From a virus: DNA of 35,836 nt. Positions within the stretch are counted from its first letter, which is position 1. Each line of letters starts with the position of its first letter. The notes beneath the pieces are model-generated. The model saw nothing but the letters and a program-made list of their open reading frames with translations. It made no database searches and had not been told where the DNA came from. The stretch is from the IMG/VR virus record IMGVR_UViG_3300009703_000003, positions 1 through 35,836 of that record; one strand, 5' to 3'. The position numbers were made by a program, and so were the translations under genes. Shown here piece after piece: positions 1-7,282 of this stretch.

Positions 1-123
1 AAAATATTTTTATGATTGGAATAAAGACATCAAATGGATTTTATATAAATCTTCATATCATGGTATAAAAGCCGAAAGACAAGAAGATTTTAATGAACAT
101 CAAGAAGATTATGCCTAAATCTA
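1..123. repeat. Terminal direct repeat: 1-123 is identical to 35714-35836, so the genome is closed or terminally redundant
   Basis: Base-by-base comparison of the two window ends. Bases 1-118 re-read the 3' end (stop TAA 116-118) of CDS 35559-35831. Confidence 0.95.
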
Positions 124-167
124 GCCATATTTATTTATTAACTTTAATCAACTGAAAGGAAACACAA

Positions 168-365
168 ATGATAACTTTAAAACTAACACAAAAAGAAGCA
201 CAAGCTATATTATCTGGTGCAGAAACTTTTTTTGAAAGCGATATAAAAAAACATAAGGAAGAAAATAGATTGGCTACTTTTTGGTTAATACTTTTTAAAC
301 ATTATAAAAGCGGTATTAAAAAAGCAGGTAGTCAATACGATAAACAAATAAAGGAAGGAAACTAA
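168..365 (+). CDS. Early small protein, 65 aa, unknown function
   Basis: ORF track. SD-like GAAAGGAAAC lies just upstream of the ATG. The gene is tightly packed with the next one. Confidence 0.6.
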   Translation: MITLKLTQKEAQAILSGAETFFESDIKKHKEENRLATFWLILFKHYKSGIKKAGSQYDKQIKEGN

Positions 366-366
366 A

Positions 367-645
367 ATGAAAGTAGAAAACATAGAAAGCAACAGAGGAA
401 ATAAAATAGCAAATCAATTTGTTATTACTGATGATAAACAAAATGAGTATTTTCAATCATATCGTTCAATGATTGTAAAAAAAGACTATGAAGGTGATCA
501 AGTCAAAATATATCTGGACCAGAAATATTGGAACTATAGCAACACTACAGGTAAATATAGAAATATATTTTTAGGTGAAACTATAAAAGACACCAAAGCA
601 AAAATTAAATCTGGTGAGTATATCTTAACCGACTTAAACAAATAG
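367..645 (+). CDS. Early conserved-looking hypothetical protein, 92 aa
   Basis: ORF track. SD AAGGAAGGAAAC is upstream. The start lies 2 nt after the previous stop. The NQF..SYRS..W.YS.TTGKY pattern looks like a widespread phage small-protein family, recalled from memory only. Confidence 0.65.
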   Translation: MKVENIESNRGNKIANQFVITDDKQNEYFQSYRSMIVKKDYEGDQVKIYLDQKYWNYSNTTGKYRNIFLGETIKDTKAKIKSGEYILTDLNK

Positions 646-655
646 AAAGGAAACT

Positions 656-814
656 ATGACAAATCAAGAACTAAAAAAGAAAGTTATATTATCAATGAAA
701 AAAGATGATGAACTAAAAAAATATGTAAAAGATTTTCAAGATTTATCAACTGAACAATTTGATATTTTAATGAAAATTATAGACAGAGCATATTTAAAAG
801 TAAAAAACAAATAG
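656..814 (+). CDS. Early small protein, 52 aa (below the ORF-track cutoff)
   Basis: Hand translation gives MTNQELKKKV...KVKNK*. The motif ATAGAAAGGAAAC precedes the ATG. Confidence 0.5.
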   Translation: MTNQELKKKVILSMKKDDELKKYVKDFQDLSTEQFDILMKIIDRAYLKVKNK

Positions 815-827
815 AAAGGAAATAAAA

Positions 828-992
828 ATGGATGGAATATTAATTGTTACAAAATGGGTTTTATTAATTTTGTGTTCTGTTATGGGTATGGTACTTGCAA
901 CAGATACGGCTTATCAATCAACTGGTTTAGTTCTTGCGTTTGGTTGCTTTTTATTATTTGCGTTAGATGTTGCAAGAAATTTTATAAACTAA
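828..992 (+). CDS. Early small membrane protein, 54 aa, two hydrophobic helices
   Basis: Hand translation gives MDGILIVTKWVLLILCSVMGMVLA...GLVLAFGCFLLFALDV.... ATAGAAAGGAAA is upstream. Confidence 0.5.
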   Translation: MDGILIVTKWVLLILCSVMGMVLATDTAYQSTGLVLAFGCFLLFALDVARNFIN

Positions 993-1012
993 CAGAAAGT
1001 GAGGACCAATAA

Positions 1013-1186
1013 ATGAATGATGATAGTAGTAAATTAAGTAAATTAATCAATAACTACAACGATTATTTAGCTAAATTGAAGAAAGAAGAAGATCACAGTT
1101 TAGCCATATTTTATGACTACGATATAGAACCATTGCCAAATGATTTGGTTGATATGGCAAACGAAACAAGTAAAGAAAATAAATAA
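1013..1186 (+). CDS. Early small acidic protein, 57 aa
   Basis: Hand translation gives MNDDSSKLSKLINNYNDY...ETSKENK*. SD GAAAGTGAGGA is upstream. Confidence 0.5.
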   Translation: MNDDSSKLSKLINNYNDYLAKLKKEEDHSLAIFYDYDIEPLPNDLVDMANETSKENK

Positions 1187-1191
1187 GTGAT

Positions 1192-1211
1192 CTCGTTTCG
1201 TAAGAAATGAG
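1192..1211 (+). promoter_or_regulatory. Small stem-loop CTCGTTTC-GTAA-GAAATGAG (8 bp stem with one G-U pair, GNRA-type loop)
   Basis: Read directly in the 55-nt gap between ORFs 1013-1186 and 1242-1484. No U-tract follows. Confidence 0.25.
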
Positions 1212-1241
1212 CAAATGAAAAAAACAAAAGGGAAAAATAAA

Positions 1242-1484
1242 ATGACAAAAATAAATCAGTACGAGTTTAGCATTGAAATTGACGAATATATTTTTAATAG
1301 ATTTGTTAAGGATAAAGTGAGAGAACCTTATAATAATTATGAAGATTATAAAGATACATTTCCTAATTGTAAATGTAATTTTATTTTAAGAGATCAAAAA
1401 GAAACAAATAAACAAAATGAACATAAAATATATTTATGGGATGTTTCAGAAAGAAAACCATTAAAAGAAAAAATAAATGAATAA
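1242..1484 (+). CDS. Early small protein, 80 aa (the ORF is open from 1215)
   Basis: ORF track 1215-1484. The internal ATG at 1242 is preceded by AAAGGGAAAAATAAA, so it is the preferred start. Confidence 0.5.
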   Translation: MTKINQYEFSIEIDEYIFNRFVKDKVREPYNNYEDYKDTFPNCKCNFILRDQKETNKQNEHKIYLWDVSERKPLKEKINE

Positions 1485-1508
1485 ACAACTACACAAGAAA
1501 GGGAACTT

Positions 1509-1646
1509 ATGAAAACTAAATATAAAATATATAATGATGACGGAATTTTAGTAGCCGTTAATATAAAGCAAATATTGGAATTACTAGAATTAAATGATTA
1601 TAAAGTAATAACAAATGATAAAGAAAAGACAGAAAGTGAGGAATAA
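1509..1646 (+). CDS. Early small protein, 45 aa
   Basis: Hand translation gives MKTKYKIYNDDGILVAVN...TESEE*. SD GAAAGGGAAC is upstream. The stop abuts the next ATG (TAAATG). Confidence 0.45.
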   Translation: MKTKYKIYNDDGILVAVNIKQILELLELNDYKVITNDKEKTESEE

Positions 1647-1841
1647 ATGACAAATAAAAACACTAAACAAATAATATACTGTAGGTTTTGTGATTGTTTA
1701 ACAAAAGAAGAAGTTGAAGAAATAAATAAAAAAAGCATTGATGAAGTTTCCTCAACTAAAGATTGTGAAAACTGTCAAGTAATGCCAATGAAAGAGTGGC
1801 AAAAATTAGTAAGAGAATCAAAAGGTGAATATTTTAAATAA
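1647..1841 (+). CDS. Early zinc-ribbon-like protein, 64 aa (CxxC...CxxC)
   Basis: ORF track. Motifs CRFCDC and CENC. SD GAAAGTGAGGA is upstream. Confidence 0.6.
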   Translation: MTNKNTKQIIYCRFCDCLTKEEVEEINKKSIDEVSSTKDCENCQVMPMKEWQKLVRESKGEYFK

Positions 1842-2163
1842 TATTATGGTAAATGATTTAATAATAATCAGATTAAAAAATGTTAATGAAAATAAAAAGA
1901 ACAAACTATTGACATATTTAAAACATAATTCTCTTTCATACATAGAAATAAATAAAAATACTTTTTATGAAAAAGAAAAACAAAAACAAAATTTAGAAGA
2001 ACTTATGAGATTAACACTCATAAATATTTTAAATGCAAAGGGTGTAATATACACCTATTATAAACAACAACAAGAAAGGGAAATATGTACATTGATAGAT
2101 ACGAGATTGTTTCATACAGCAGAAAATGGAACAATGGAAAACAAAATAAGAAAGCAGAAATAA
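1825..2163 (+). CDS. Early hypothetical protein (GTG at 1825 or ATG at 1846)
   Basis: ORF track. The start is uncertain and the 3' end overlaps the next ORF by 79 nt. Confidence 0.4.
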   Translation: MNILNNIMVNDLIIIRLKNVNENKKNKLLTYLKHNSLSYIEINKNTFYEKEKQKQNLEELMRLTLINILNAKGVIYTYYKQQQEREICTLIDTRLFHTAENGTMENKIRKQK

Positions 2164-2309
2164 CTAACTATTGCGATAATACTTATCATGGTATGGAAGG
2201 TAAAAAGTTTTTACAATTACTTTCTGATTTAGATGACGCATGGCATGGACATGAGGGTAAAGATTGTGTTGTTCATGTTAGCTTTGAAGAGCCAAAGGAA
2301 AGGGAATAA
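2085..2309 (+). CDS. Early hypothetical protein, 74 aa
   Basis: ORF track. SD GAAAGGGAAAT lies directly upstream of the ATG. Confidence 0.5.
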   Translation: MYIDRYEIVSYSRKWNNGKQNKKAEITNYCDNTYHGMEGKKFLQLLSDLDDAWHGHEGKDCVVHVSFEEPKERE

Positions 2310-2319
2310 TGAAAACAAA

Positions 2320-2571
2320 ATGACTAAATGGAACGCAATAACTTTATATGATGATGAACCAAGTAGTTATTTTTCAAGACAAACACATTCTTGGAGAAGT
2401 GGTATTGAAGAATTAATATCAATAATGTACGAAAATGGTTGTGATGAAATGTATAAAGAAGCAGAGCTGTTAGAAAAAGAATACAAAAAAGTTAAAAGAT
2501 TAACAAAAAAAGAAATGGAAAGACTATTATCATTAACAGATAATGCTTATCTTGATTACGAATTACATTAA
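2320..2571 (+). CDS. Early hypothetical protein, 83 aa (the ORF is open from 2233)
   Basis: ORF track 2233-2571. ATG 2320 follows GGAAAGGGAATA and a 4-codon mini-ORF (2309-2323), with TAATG and ATGA overlaps. Confidence 0.45.
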   Translation: MTKWNAITLYDDEPSSYFSRQTHSWRSGIEELISIMYENGCDEMYKEAELLEKEYKKVKRLTKKEMERLLSLTDNAYLDYELH

Positions 2572-3041
2572 TCTTTATTATCAGAGGGTATATCAGTTAT
2601 ATCCTCTGATACATCAATCATATCCGATTGATTATCTTCCCATGAAATTTTAATTGATTGGTCTGTCTTAACATTCTGGACCTTATTATCAGAATACAAA
2701 TCAGTTAATTTGTTAGCCAAAAAGGTAATGAACTTTGTTTTTTCCCTTATCCATAGTATCTGATTAGGGTTTTCTACCTCTTGATATTGAAACACTTGCA
2801 ATAATTTATCAATTAAAGTCTGAACACCATTTTTTCTAGCTTCAGTTATCCTTTCATTCATCTCTGGATTTTTTTTTAAGAAATGATAAAATTTCATCAA
2901 GCTGAACTGATACTGTTTTTCCTCTAGTATTTCGGTAAGAGTTAAACCTCTCGTTAGTTTTTCGCAAATTGTATCTGCTTGGCTCGTTGTTATCAATTCT
3001 GACTTTGACTTGGTTGTAATAGTATTCTTTGAGTTGTTCAT
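2568..3041 (-). CDS. HTH DNA-binding protein resembling small-terminase-type HTH proteins, 157 aa
   Basis: ORF track. The pattern ICEKLTRGLTLTEILEE...F..FLKKNPEMNERITEARKNG..TLIDKLL matches the G-x-S/T-L HTH followed by the F...Y..A motif seen in small terminase families (from memory). The C-terminus is acidic. Confidence 0.4.
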   Translation of the reverse strand: MNNSKNTITTKSKSELITTSQADTICEKLTRGLTLTEILEEKQYQFSLMKFYHFLKKNPEMNERITEARKNGVQTLIDKLLQVFQYQEVENPNQILWIREKTKFITFLANKLTDLYSDNKVQNVKTDQSIKISWEDNQSDMIDVSEDITDIPSDNKD

Positions 3042-3270
3042 CTGTATAGTTTCTAAATTGTTGTAGTTTACTTAATTGTTTTATCCTTGTTTCATGTGTG
3101 TAGTTTTTCTTTCTAAAGCCTTTAACATTCTGATAGCCATGATATTTACAGTAATAAGTACCATTTGCAAGTTCATATCCTTTCATTCTACAAGGTATCA
3201 GTTTACCAACACGTCTACCAGCACGAGTAAAGCCTTGACAGAAAACCTTACGCATTGGTCTACCTACCAT
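2854..3270 (-). CDS. Cys/His-rich basic protein, about 138 aa; its 3' end overlaps the next gene out of frame
   Basis: ORF track 2854-3324. ATG 3270 sits 1 nt after the upstream stop. Motif C..G...C....GTYYCKYHG. Confidence 0.45.
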   Translation of the reverse strand: MVGRPMRKVFCQGFTRAGRRVGKLIPCRMKGYELANGTYYCKYHGYQNVKGFRKKNYTHETRIKQLSKLQQFRNYTDEQLKEYYYNQVKVRIDNNEPSRYNLRKTNERFNSYRNTRGKTVSVQLDEILSFLKKKSRDE

Positions 3271-3271
3271 A

Positions 3272-3964
3272 TTACTTTTTAGGTCTACCTTTATAATCAA
3301 GATTATTTCTTTTATTAAATTCAACCTTTTCTCTATATCTGGGGTTGCTATTCTTACTTATCTTGGTTAATTCATTAATTACTTTTTGAGGATGTACATA
3401 GGTTGCCTTACTTTCACGATCCAATTCAATCTTCTTTGCTTTGGCTAATTTTATATAATACGGATTGTTAGTATCTGAATTAAGTTCTGACAGGGGGAGC
3501 TTTGATAAGTTTAGTATTAAACTATCCATATCACCTCTATTATCTCTTATAATAGCTTCTATATTATTGTTTAATGCTTCTACTAATACTGATCTTTTTT
3601 TTACATTAGAGTGATCTTTTTTATACATACTACTATTATTAGTGTATAAAATTGATCCATCTGATTCTGATTTGATAAATAACTGGTTAATTTTATAGGT
3701 TTTACCAGATCTACCACGAACAGTAGATATGACGTGTAATTTTTCTAAAGTATCAAGGGTACGTCTGACAGTTATACGGGATAGTTTGGTTTCTTTAGCG
3801 ATTGTAGAATACCTCAAGCCACATTCATAGTTATTCTTCTTCCAAGCATGTTTCATAAGAGATAAATAGCAGTTGATACAATTAGATTTCTTGATACCGC
3901 TTAATTTATCCAAATGACCATATAATTTGTAAGTTATATGTAAAAAAGCACGACTATTGTTCAT
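3272..3964 (-). CDS. Winged-helix DNA-binding protein, possible replication initiator/organiser or regulator, 230 aa
   Basis: ORF track. The motif STIAKETKLSRITVRRTLDTLEKLHVISTVRG is a typical wHTH. Confidence 0.5.
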   Translation of the reverse strand: MNNSRAFLHITYKLYGHLDKLSGIKKSNCINCYLSLMKHAWKKNNYECGLRYSTIAKETKLSRITVRRTLDTLEKLHVISTVRGRSGKTYKINQLFIKSESDGSILYTNNSSMYKKDHSNVKKRSVLVEALNNNIEAIIRDNRGDMDSLILNLSKLPLSELNSDTNNPYYIKLAKAKKIELDRESKATYVHPQKVINELTKISKNSNPRYREKVEFNKRNNLDYKGRPKK

Positions 3965-4331
3965 ATTTACACACTTTCCTATGATTTTGTTGGAGGTCTA
4001 GCAAAATGGATACCCATTGGTCCTCATTCATCAACTCAAACTCTGTCGGAGAGCTTGTTATTCGCTTGATTCTAAAGGTTAGGGTGGTGTCGGTCAGATT
4101 CTTATAAAAAACTAAAAAGCAGGGTATATTTAGGCGACTAGCGACTATCTTTGACAAGGTTGTAGCCTTATATTTCTGTCCTTTATCATAACAAGTCTCA
4201 ATAATGGCTAAAGGCTCATAACATCTAGGACAGCACTCAATACTGTCTATATCAATCATGGCTATGCCATCATATTTTCTGTGCCAATCATTGTAATCAC
4301 CATTAGAAAATGCGTAGGTTTGTCTAGCCAT
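3954..4331 (-). CDS. Hypothetical protein, 125 aa, with MIDID and CCPRC motifs
   Basis: ORF track. It overlaps the downstream gene start by 11 nt. Function not recognised. Confidence 0.6.
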   Translation of the reverse strand: MARQTYAFSNGDYNDWHRKYDGIAMIDIDSIECCPRCYEPLAIIETCYDKGQKYKATTLSKIVASRLNIPCFLVFYKNLTDTTLTFRIKRITSSPTEFELMNEDQWVSILLDLQQNHRKVCKYEQ

Positions 4332-4416
4332 TAAGCAAATTCCAAACTATAAAAACTACACCACTTAACAACAATACTTGTAGTTCCATAGGTGATCCTA
4401 AAAACAACTCAATCAT
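4324..4416 (-). CDS. Hydrophobic micro-protein, 30 aa
   Basis: Hand translation gives MIELFLGSPMELQVLLLSGVVFIVWNLLNG*. ATAGAAAGGAAAAA is upstream. Its 3' end overlaps the next gene's start by 8 nt (its stop TAG lies just inside that gene). Confidence 0.4.
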   Translation of the reverse strand: MIELFLGSPMELQVLLLSGVVFIVWNLLNG

Positions 4417-4426
4417 TTTTTCCTTT

Positions 4427-4600
4427 CTATCTATTTTTTATAACAATAATTTCGTTTTCCTTTTCTTCTATAATTCTTTCATAATCTAATAATTGGTTTG
4501 ATAGATTTTCAATATGTTTTTTGTGTCTTTTAATTTCAGCTTTAGCTTCTTTTAATTTATCTGCTAACTCTACTTCTTTCCATATACCTTCATTGGTCAT
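4427..4600 (-). CDS. Coiled-coil small protein, 57 aa
   Basis: Hand translation gives MTNEGIWKEVELADKLKEAKAEIKRHKK...IIVIKNR*. ATGA overlap with the upstream stop. Confidence 0.5.
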   Translation of the reverse strand: MTNEGIWKEVELADKLKEAKAEIKRHKKHIENLSNQLLDYERIIEEKENEIIVIKNR

Positions 4601-4863
4601 TTTATTATCTCTATTTTTTTAACACAACCTTTTGGAAAACAAGTAAGTCCACCAACATCCATTCCATTTTCATCTTCAGAATAAGAAGTAAATAGCCATA
4701 ACTTATCTCTAGTTTTTTTATACAGATACCCAACATCTTCACAAATAGAAATGTCATTATTTTTAATATCACTTTCATGTACCCACGCATCCGGAGATGA
4801 TGTTATGTCCCACCAAGTTAATTTTACTCTTGGATATTTAAATTTTTTTCCACCAACTTTCAT
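4597..4863 (-). CDS. Hypothetical protein, 88 aa
   Basis: ORF track. It overlaps the upstream gene by 26 nt. Confidence 0.55.
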   Translation of the reverse strand: MKVGGKKFKYPRVKLTWWDITSSPDAWVHESDIKNNDISICEDVGYLYKKTRDKLWLFTSYSEDENGMDVGGLTCFPKGCVKKIEIIK

Positions 4864-5065
4864 ACAAATCCTTTATGGTTACTTTATTGTTAGTTACTTC
4901 TAAAATTTTCTTTACCATTTCTGGATCTGGAAACCTTTTAACTTTAGCTGTCAAGCACCATCTTTGAACAGACGTGCCGGGATTTTGAACTCCTTTAATA
5001 CCTAATTCTAAACCAAAATTATAATAAGATAGTTTTTTATCTTTTCTATATTCTTCGAGTGTCAT
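4838..5065 (-). CDS. Cro/YdaS-like HTH regulator, 75 aa
   Basis: ORF track. Motif FGLELGI...SVQRW...FP....KILEVTNNKVTIKDL. It is the first gene of the leftward operon, divergent from 5166. Confidence 0.6.
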   Translation of the reverse strand: MTLEEYRKDKKLSYYNFGLELGIKGVQNPGTSVQRWCLTAKVKRFPDPEMVKKILEVTNNKVTIKDLYESWWKKI

Positions 5066-5092
5066 ATTTCCTTTCTTTATTGATCTGATTTG

Positions 5093-5145
5093 TATGTATA
5101 TATAACATATTTAATGCTTTACAAGTAAATAATAATGTGTATAGA
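5093..5145. promoter_or_regulatory. Candidate back-to-back sigma70-like promoters with overlapping -35 boxes, plus an operator-like inverted repeat
   Basis: Rightward promoter: TTTACA (5118-5123), 16-nt spacer, TATAGA (5140-5145). Leftward promoter on the minus strand: TTGTAA (5124-5119), 16-nt spacer, TATATA (5102-5097). The inverted repeat TATGT-N7-ACATA (5093-5109) spans the leftward -10. Confidence 0.35.
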
Positions 5146-5165
5146 TAGTGGAAAAAAAGGAACTT

Positions 5166-6101
5166 ATGAAAATTAGAGAAAAAACAGACGAGCAGTTAAT
5201 AGAAAAAGCATTTAAAATATTTAATGGTGGTAAAGGTTTAGATCATTGGTCCTATTCTTCTACCTCAACACCATTTGCCAAAAATTTAATTAGTTATTCT
5301 TTTCCACAAAAAATTAGAAGATCATGGTTATGGAGATACAAAGCAAACTTTGGCAACCTTGTAAACAATACAGTACAAAGAATGATTGCAGATGTTATTT
5401 GGGAATCACCGACAAAAATAAAAGCTGAATGGGATAGAGATTATAAAGTTTCATTTAAAACAGAGTTAGATGAAATAAATAAAAAACCACCGGTAGATGC
5501 TAAAGATGAATTTGCTAGAAAAGAAATGGAAAGCTATGCACATGATTGTATTGGTGTAACAAAGAAAGTTGTTAAAGATTTAATCGGAAATAACAAATTA
5601 CAATGTGAGCTACATGTCGAAAAAAAAGAAATGACACAGATTAAAAAAACTTTAGGTAAAGTAGATTATCTGACAGAAGAATTATTTATAGAATTAAAAA
5701 CAAAACCACCTAATATAAGAAAGGTCAAGAATAAGGATCAGTGGAATATGACTACTCAAGATTTACCCACTGAACCTCAACTAGACCATCTAACACAAAC
5801 TTCATTTTATTATATGTGTATTAAAAAGATACCATATTTAATTTATGTAAATGACAAAGAGCATATTACTTTTGATCAATCACATGAGTTGATGAAGAAA
5901 GACCATCTGGAATATCTTTACTATAAAATGGTTGAGAAGATTTTACTTTGGGAACGTATGATTATGTTCTGCAAAGGAAACCTATCTGAACTTGCACTTA
6001 TGTGTGAGCCACCAGATATGAACCATTACTTTTATTATAAAGATTTGGCACCAGAACAATTAAAACTAATAACTAACCTATGGGGAATAAAACATGAGTA
6101 A
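5166..6101 (+). CDS. PD-(D/E)XK (RecB/YqaJ-like) exonuclease candidate, 311 aa
   Basis: The ORF track starts at GTG 5148, but ATG 5166 with SD AAAGGAAC is preferred. Motif GKVDYL...FIELKTK gives D...E-x-K. It sits upstream of an ERF gene. Confidence 0.5.
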   Translation: MKIREKTDEQLIEKAFKIFNGGKGLDHWSYSSTSTPFAKNLISYSFPQKIRRSWLWRYKANFGNLVNNTVQRMIADVIWESPTKIKAEWDRDYKVSFKTELDEINKKPPVDAKDEFARKEMESYAHDCIGVTKKVVKDLIGNNKLQCELHVEKKEMTQIKKTLGKVDYLTEELFIELKTKPPNIRKVKNKDQWNMTTQDLPTEPQLDHLTQTSFYYMCIKKIPYLIYVNDKEHITFDQSHELMKKDHLEYLYYKMVEKILLWERMIMFCKGNLSELALMCEPPDMNHYFYYKDLAPEQLKLITNLWGIKHE

Positions 6102-6291
6102 ATTAATAATGATATGTATATCTGCAATGTTTTTATTGGTAGGATGTGCAAGTAAGCAAGTCCTAGTTGGTAAAAAATGTTTTGTAGATCATAATAAAAA
6201 CATAATAACAACAACTCAATCTTATATTTGGATTGTAGATAAAGATAAGGTTTGGAGCAAACAATTAACAAAAAAAAACTGCGAGGAATAA
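6094..6291 (+). CDS. Small lipoprotein, 65 aa (signal peptide plus lipobox LLVG|C)
   Basis: ORF track. MSKLIMICISAMFLLVGCASKQ has a canonical L-V-G-C lipobox. The start overlaps the end of the upstream gene by 8 nt (ATG 6094, upstream stop TAA 6099-6101). Confidence 0.65.
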   Translation: MSKLIMICISAMFLLVGCASKQVLVGKKCFVDHNKNIITTTQSYIWIVDKDKVWSKQLTKKNCEE

Positions 6292-6294
6292 AAC

Positions 6295-6933
6295 ATGAAT
6301 AAAAAAAATATATATCAAAAACTACATGACGCCTGTTTAAGTGCAGGGTCTGTCAAAAAAGGTGCTAAAGCCAATGGGATGCACTTTAATCCATTGCTAC
6401 ATGATGATGTACAAACAACAGCTACACAAGCATTGCTTGACAATGGTTTGTATGCGACCTGTAATTATCTGACAGAGATTGTACCAAACATAAAACAAGT
6501 AATGGTCGTATGTACCATGAGAGTTTATGATGTTGATGATCCAACACAACATATACTTGTTGATGGGTGTTCGGCATTTGGCAATCTCGATAAATTTGGA
6601 ACAGGTAATGCTATGTCATATTCAAGAAAGTATGCGTTCCTAAATTTATTAAACTTAAAAACAGGTGTTAAAGATGAGGATGGGTATCAACCTATTCCAT
6701 TTGAAGATTCTCCAGAGCAATCTGTTGAAGAACCTACATATATGGATGACACTATAGATGTAGAAGAAATGAAACGTGCCTTAAAAGCAACTAACAACTT
6801 AAAAGAGTTTAGTGAGGTTAAGGATTTAATAAGAAAAGACGTTGAATTTCTAATGAGAAACAACTTACGAGCATACAGACAAGTAACAGATATTGCTGAA
6901 ACTCGTGAGATACAATTAAATAATGGTCAGTAA
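6295..6933 (+). CDS. erf: ERF-family single-strand annealing protein
   Basis: ORF track. GTGNAMSYSRKYAFLNLLNL..GVKDEDG matches the conserved ERF core (P22 Erf: TGATSSYARKYCLNGLFGIDD). Confidence 0.75.
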   Translation: MNKKNIYQKLHDACLSAGSVKKGAKANGMHFNPLLHDDVQTTATQALLDNGLYATCNYLTEIVPNIKQVMVVCTMRVYDVDDPTQHILVDGCSAFGNLDKFGTGNAMSYSRKYAFLNLLNLKTGVKDEDGYQPIPFEDSPEQSVEEPTYMDDTIDVEEMKRALKATNNLKEFSEVKDLIRKDVEFLMRNNLRAYRQVTDIAETREIQLNNGQ

Positions 6934-6959
6934 AAGCTGACAATAACAAAGGAGCAAAC

Positions 6960-7268
6960 ATGAGTGAAGATGTAGTATGGTGTAATTTGGTAAGAAACCA
7001 AAACAAAAATGCGGAGAACCAACCGGATTGGGTAGCACCGCCAAACTTAAAAGCACCAGAGGGTAAGAAATGGACCATAGGTGTTAAGATAGGAGATGTT
7101 TGGCACAATCAAGCTGGATGGGATGATAAGGATGAGCAAGGAAATGTTACTGGTATAACAATCAAGATGACACCACCTACTCCTAATGAAAACAAACCTT
7201 CAGCACCAGAAAATAAAGGGTTTCAAAGCAAACCTAATTATGCTAACAAACAATCATACAAGTTTTAA
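6960..7268 (+). CDS. Hypothetical protein, 102 aa. Its position after erf suggests a possible ssDNA-binding role, but this is unsupported by motifs.
   Basis: ORF track. SD AAAGGAGCAAAC is upstream. The C-terminal tail is rich in Pro, Asn and Lys. Confidence 0.55.
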   Translation: MSEDVVWCNLVRNQNKNAENQPDWVAPPNLKAPEGKKWTIGVKIGDVWHNQAGWDDKDEQGNVTGITIKMTPPTPNENKPSAPENKGFQSKPNYANKQSYKF

Positions 7269-7282
7269 TTAATTTGTATTTA

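Noticed and set aside
1-123. A genuine T7-like direct terminal repeat
   Set aside because: T7-type terminal repeats are normally non-coding. Here one repeat boundary falls inside a CDS, which fits an assembler overlap of a circular or permuted genome. This is left open in the findings because only read data can settle it.
3076-3282. Opposite-strand ORFs in the early and middle regions (3076-3282 plus strand, 6035-6271 minus, 6818-7108 minus, 9470-9667 plus, 10178-10441 plus, 10730-10915 plus, 11744-12091 plus)
   Set aside because: Each overlaps a better-supported gene on the other strand, breaks the operon polarity, lacks an SD motif and has a hydrophobic low-complexity translation.
4838-5165. 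Temperate lifestyle inferred from the Cro-like gene and the switch-like promoters
   Set aside because: No integrase, excisionase, CI-type repressor with a cleavage domain, partition system or attP-like tRNA fragment was recognised. A Cro-like regulator alone does not establish lysogeny.
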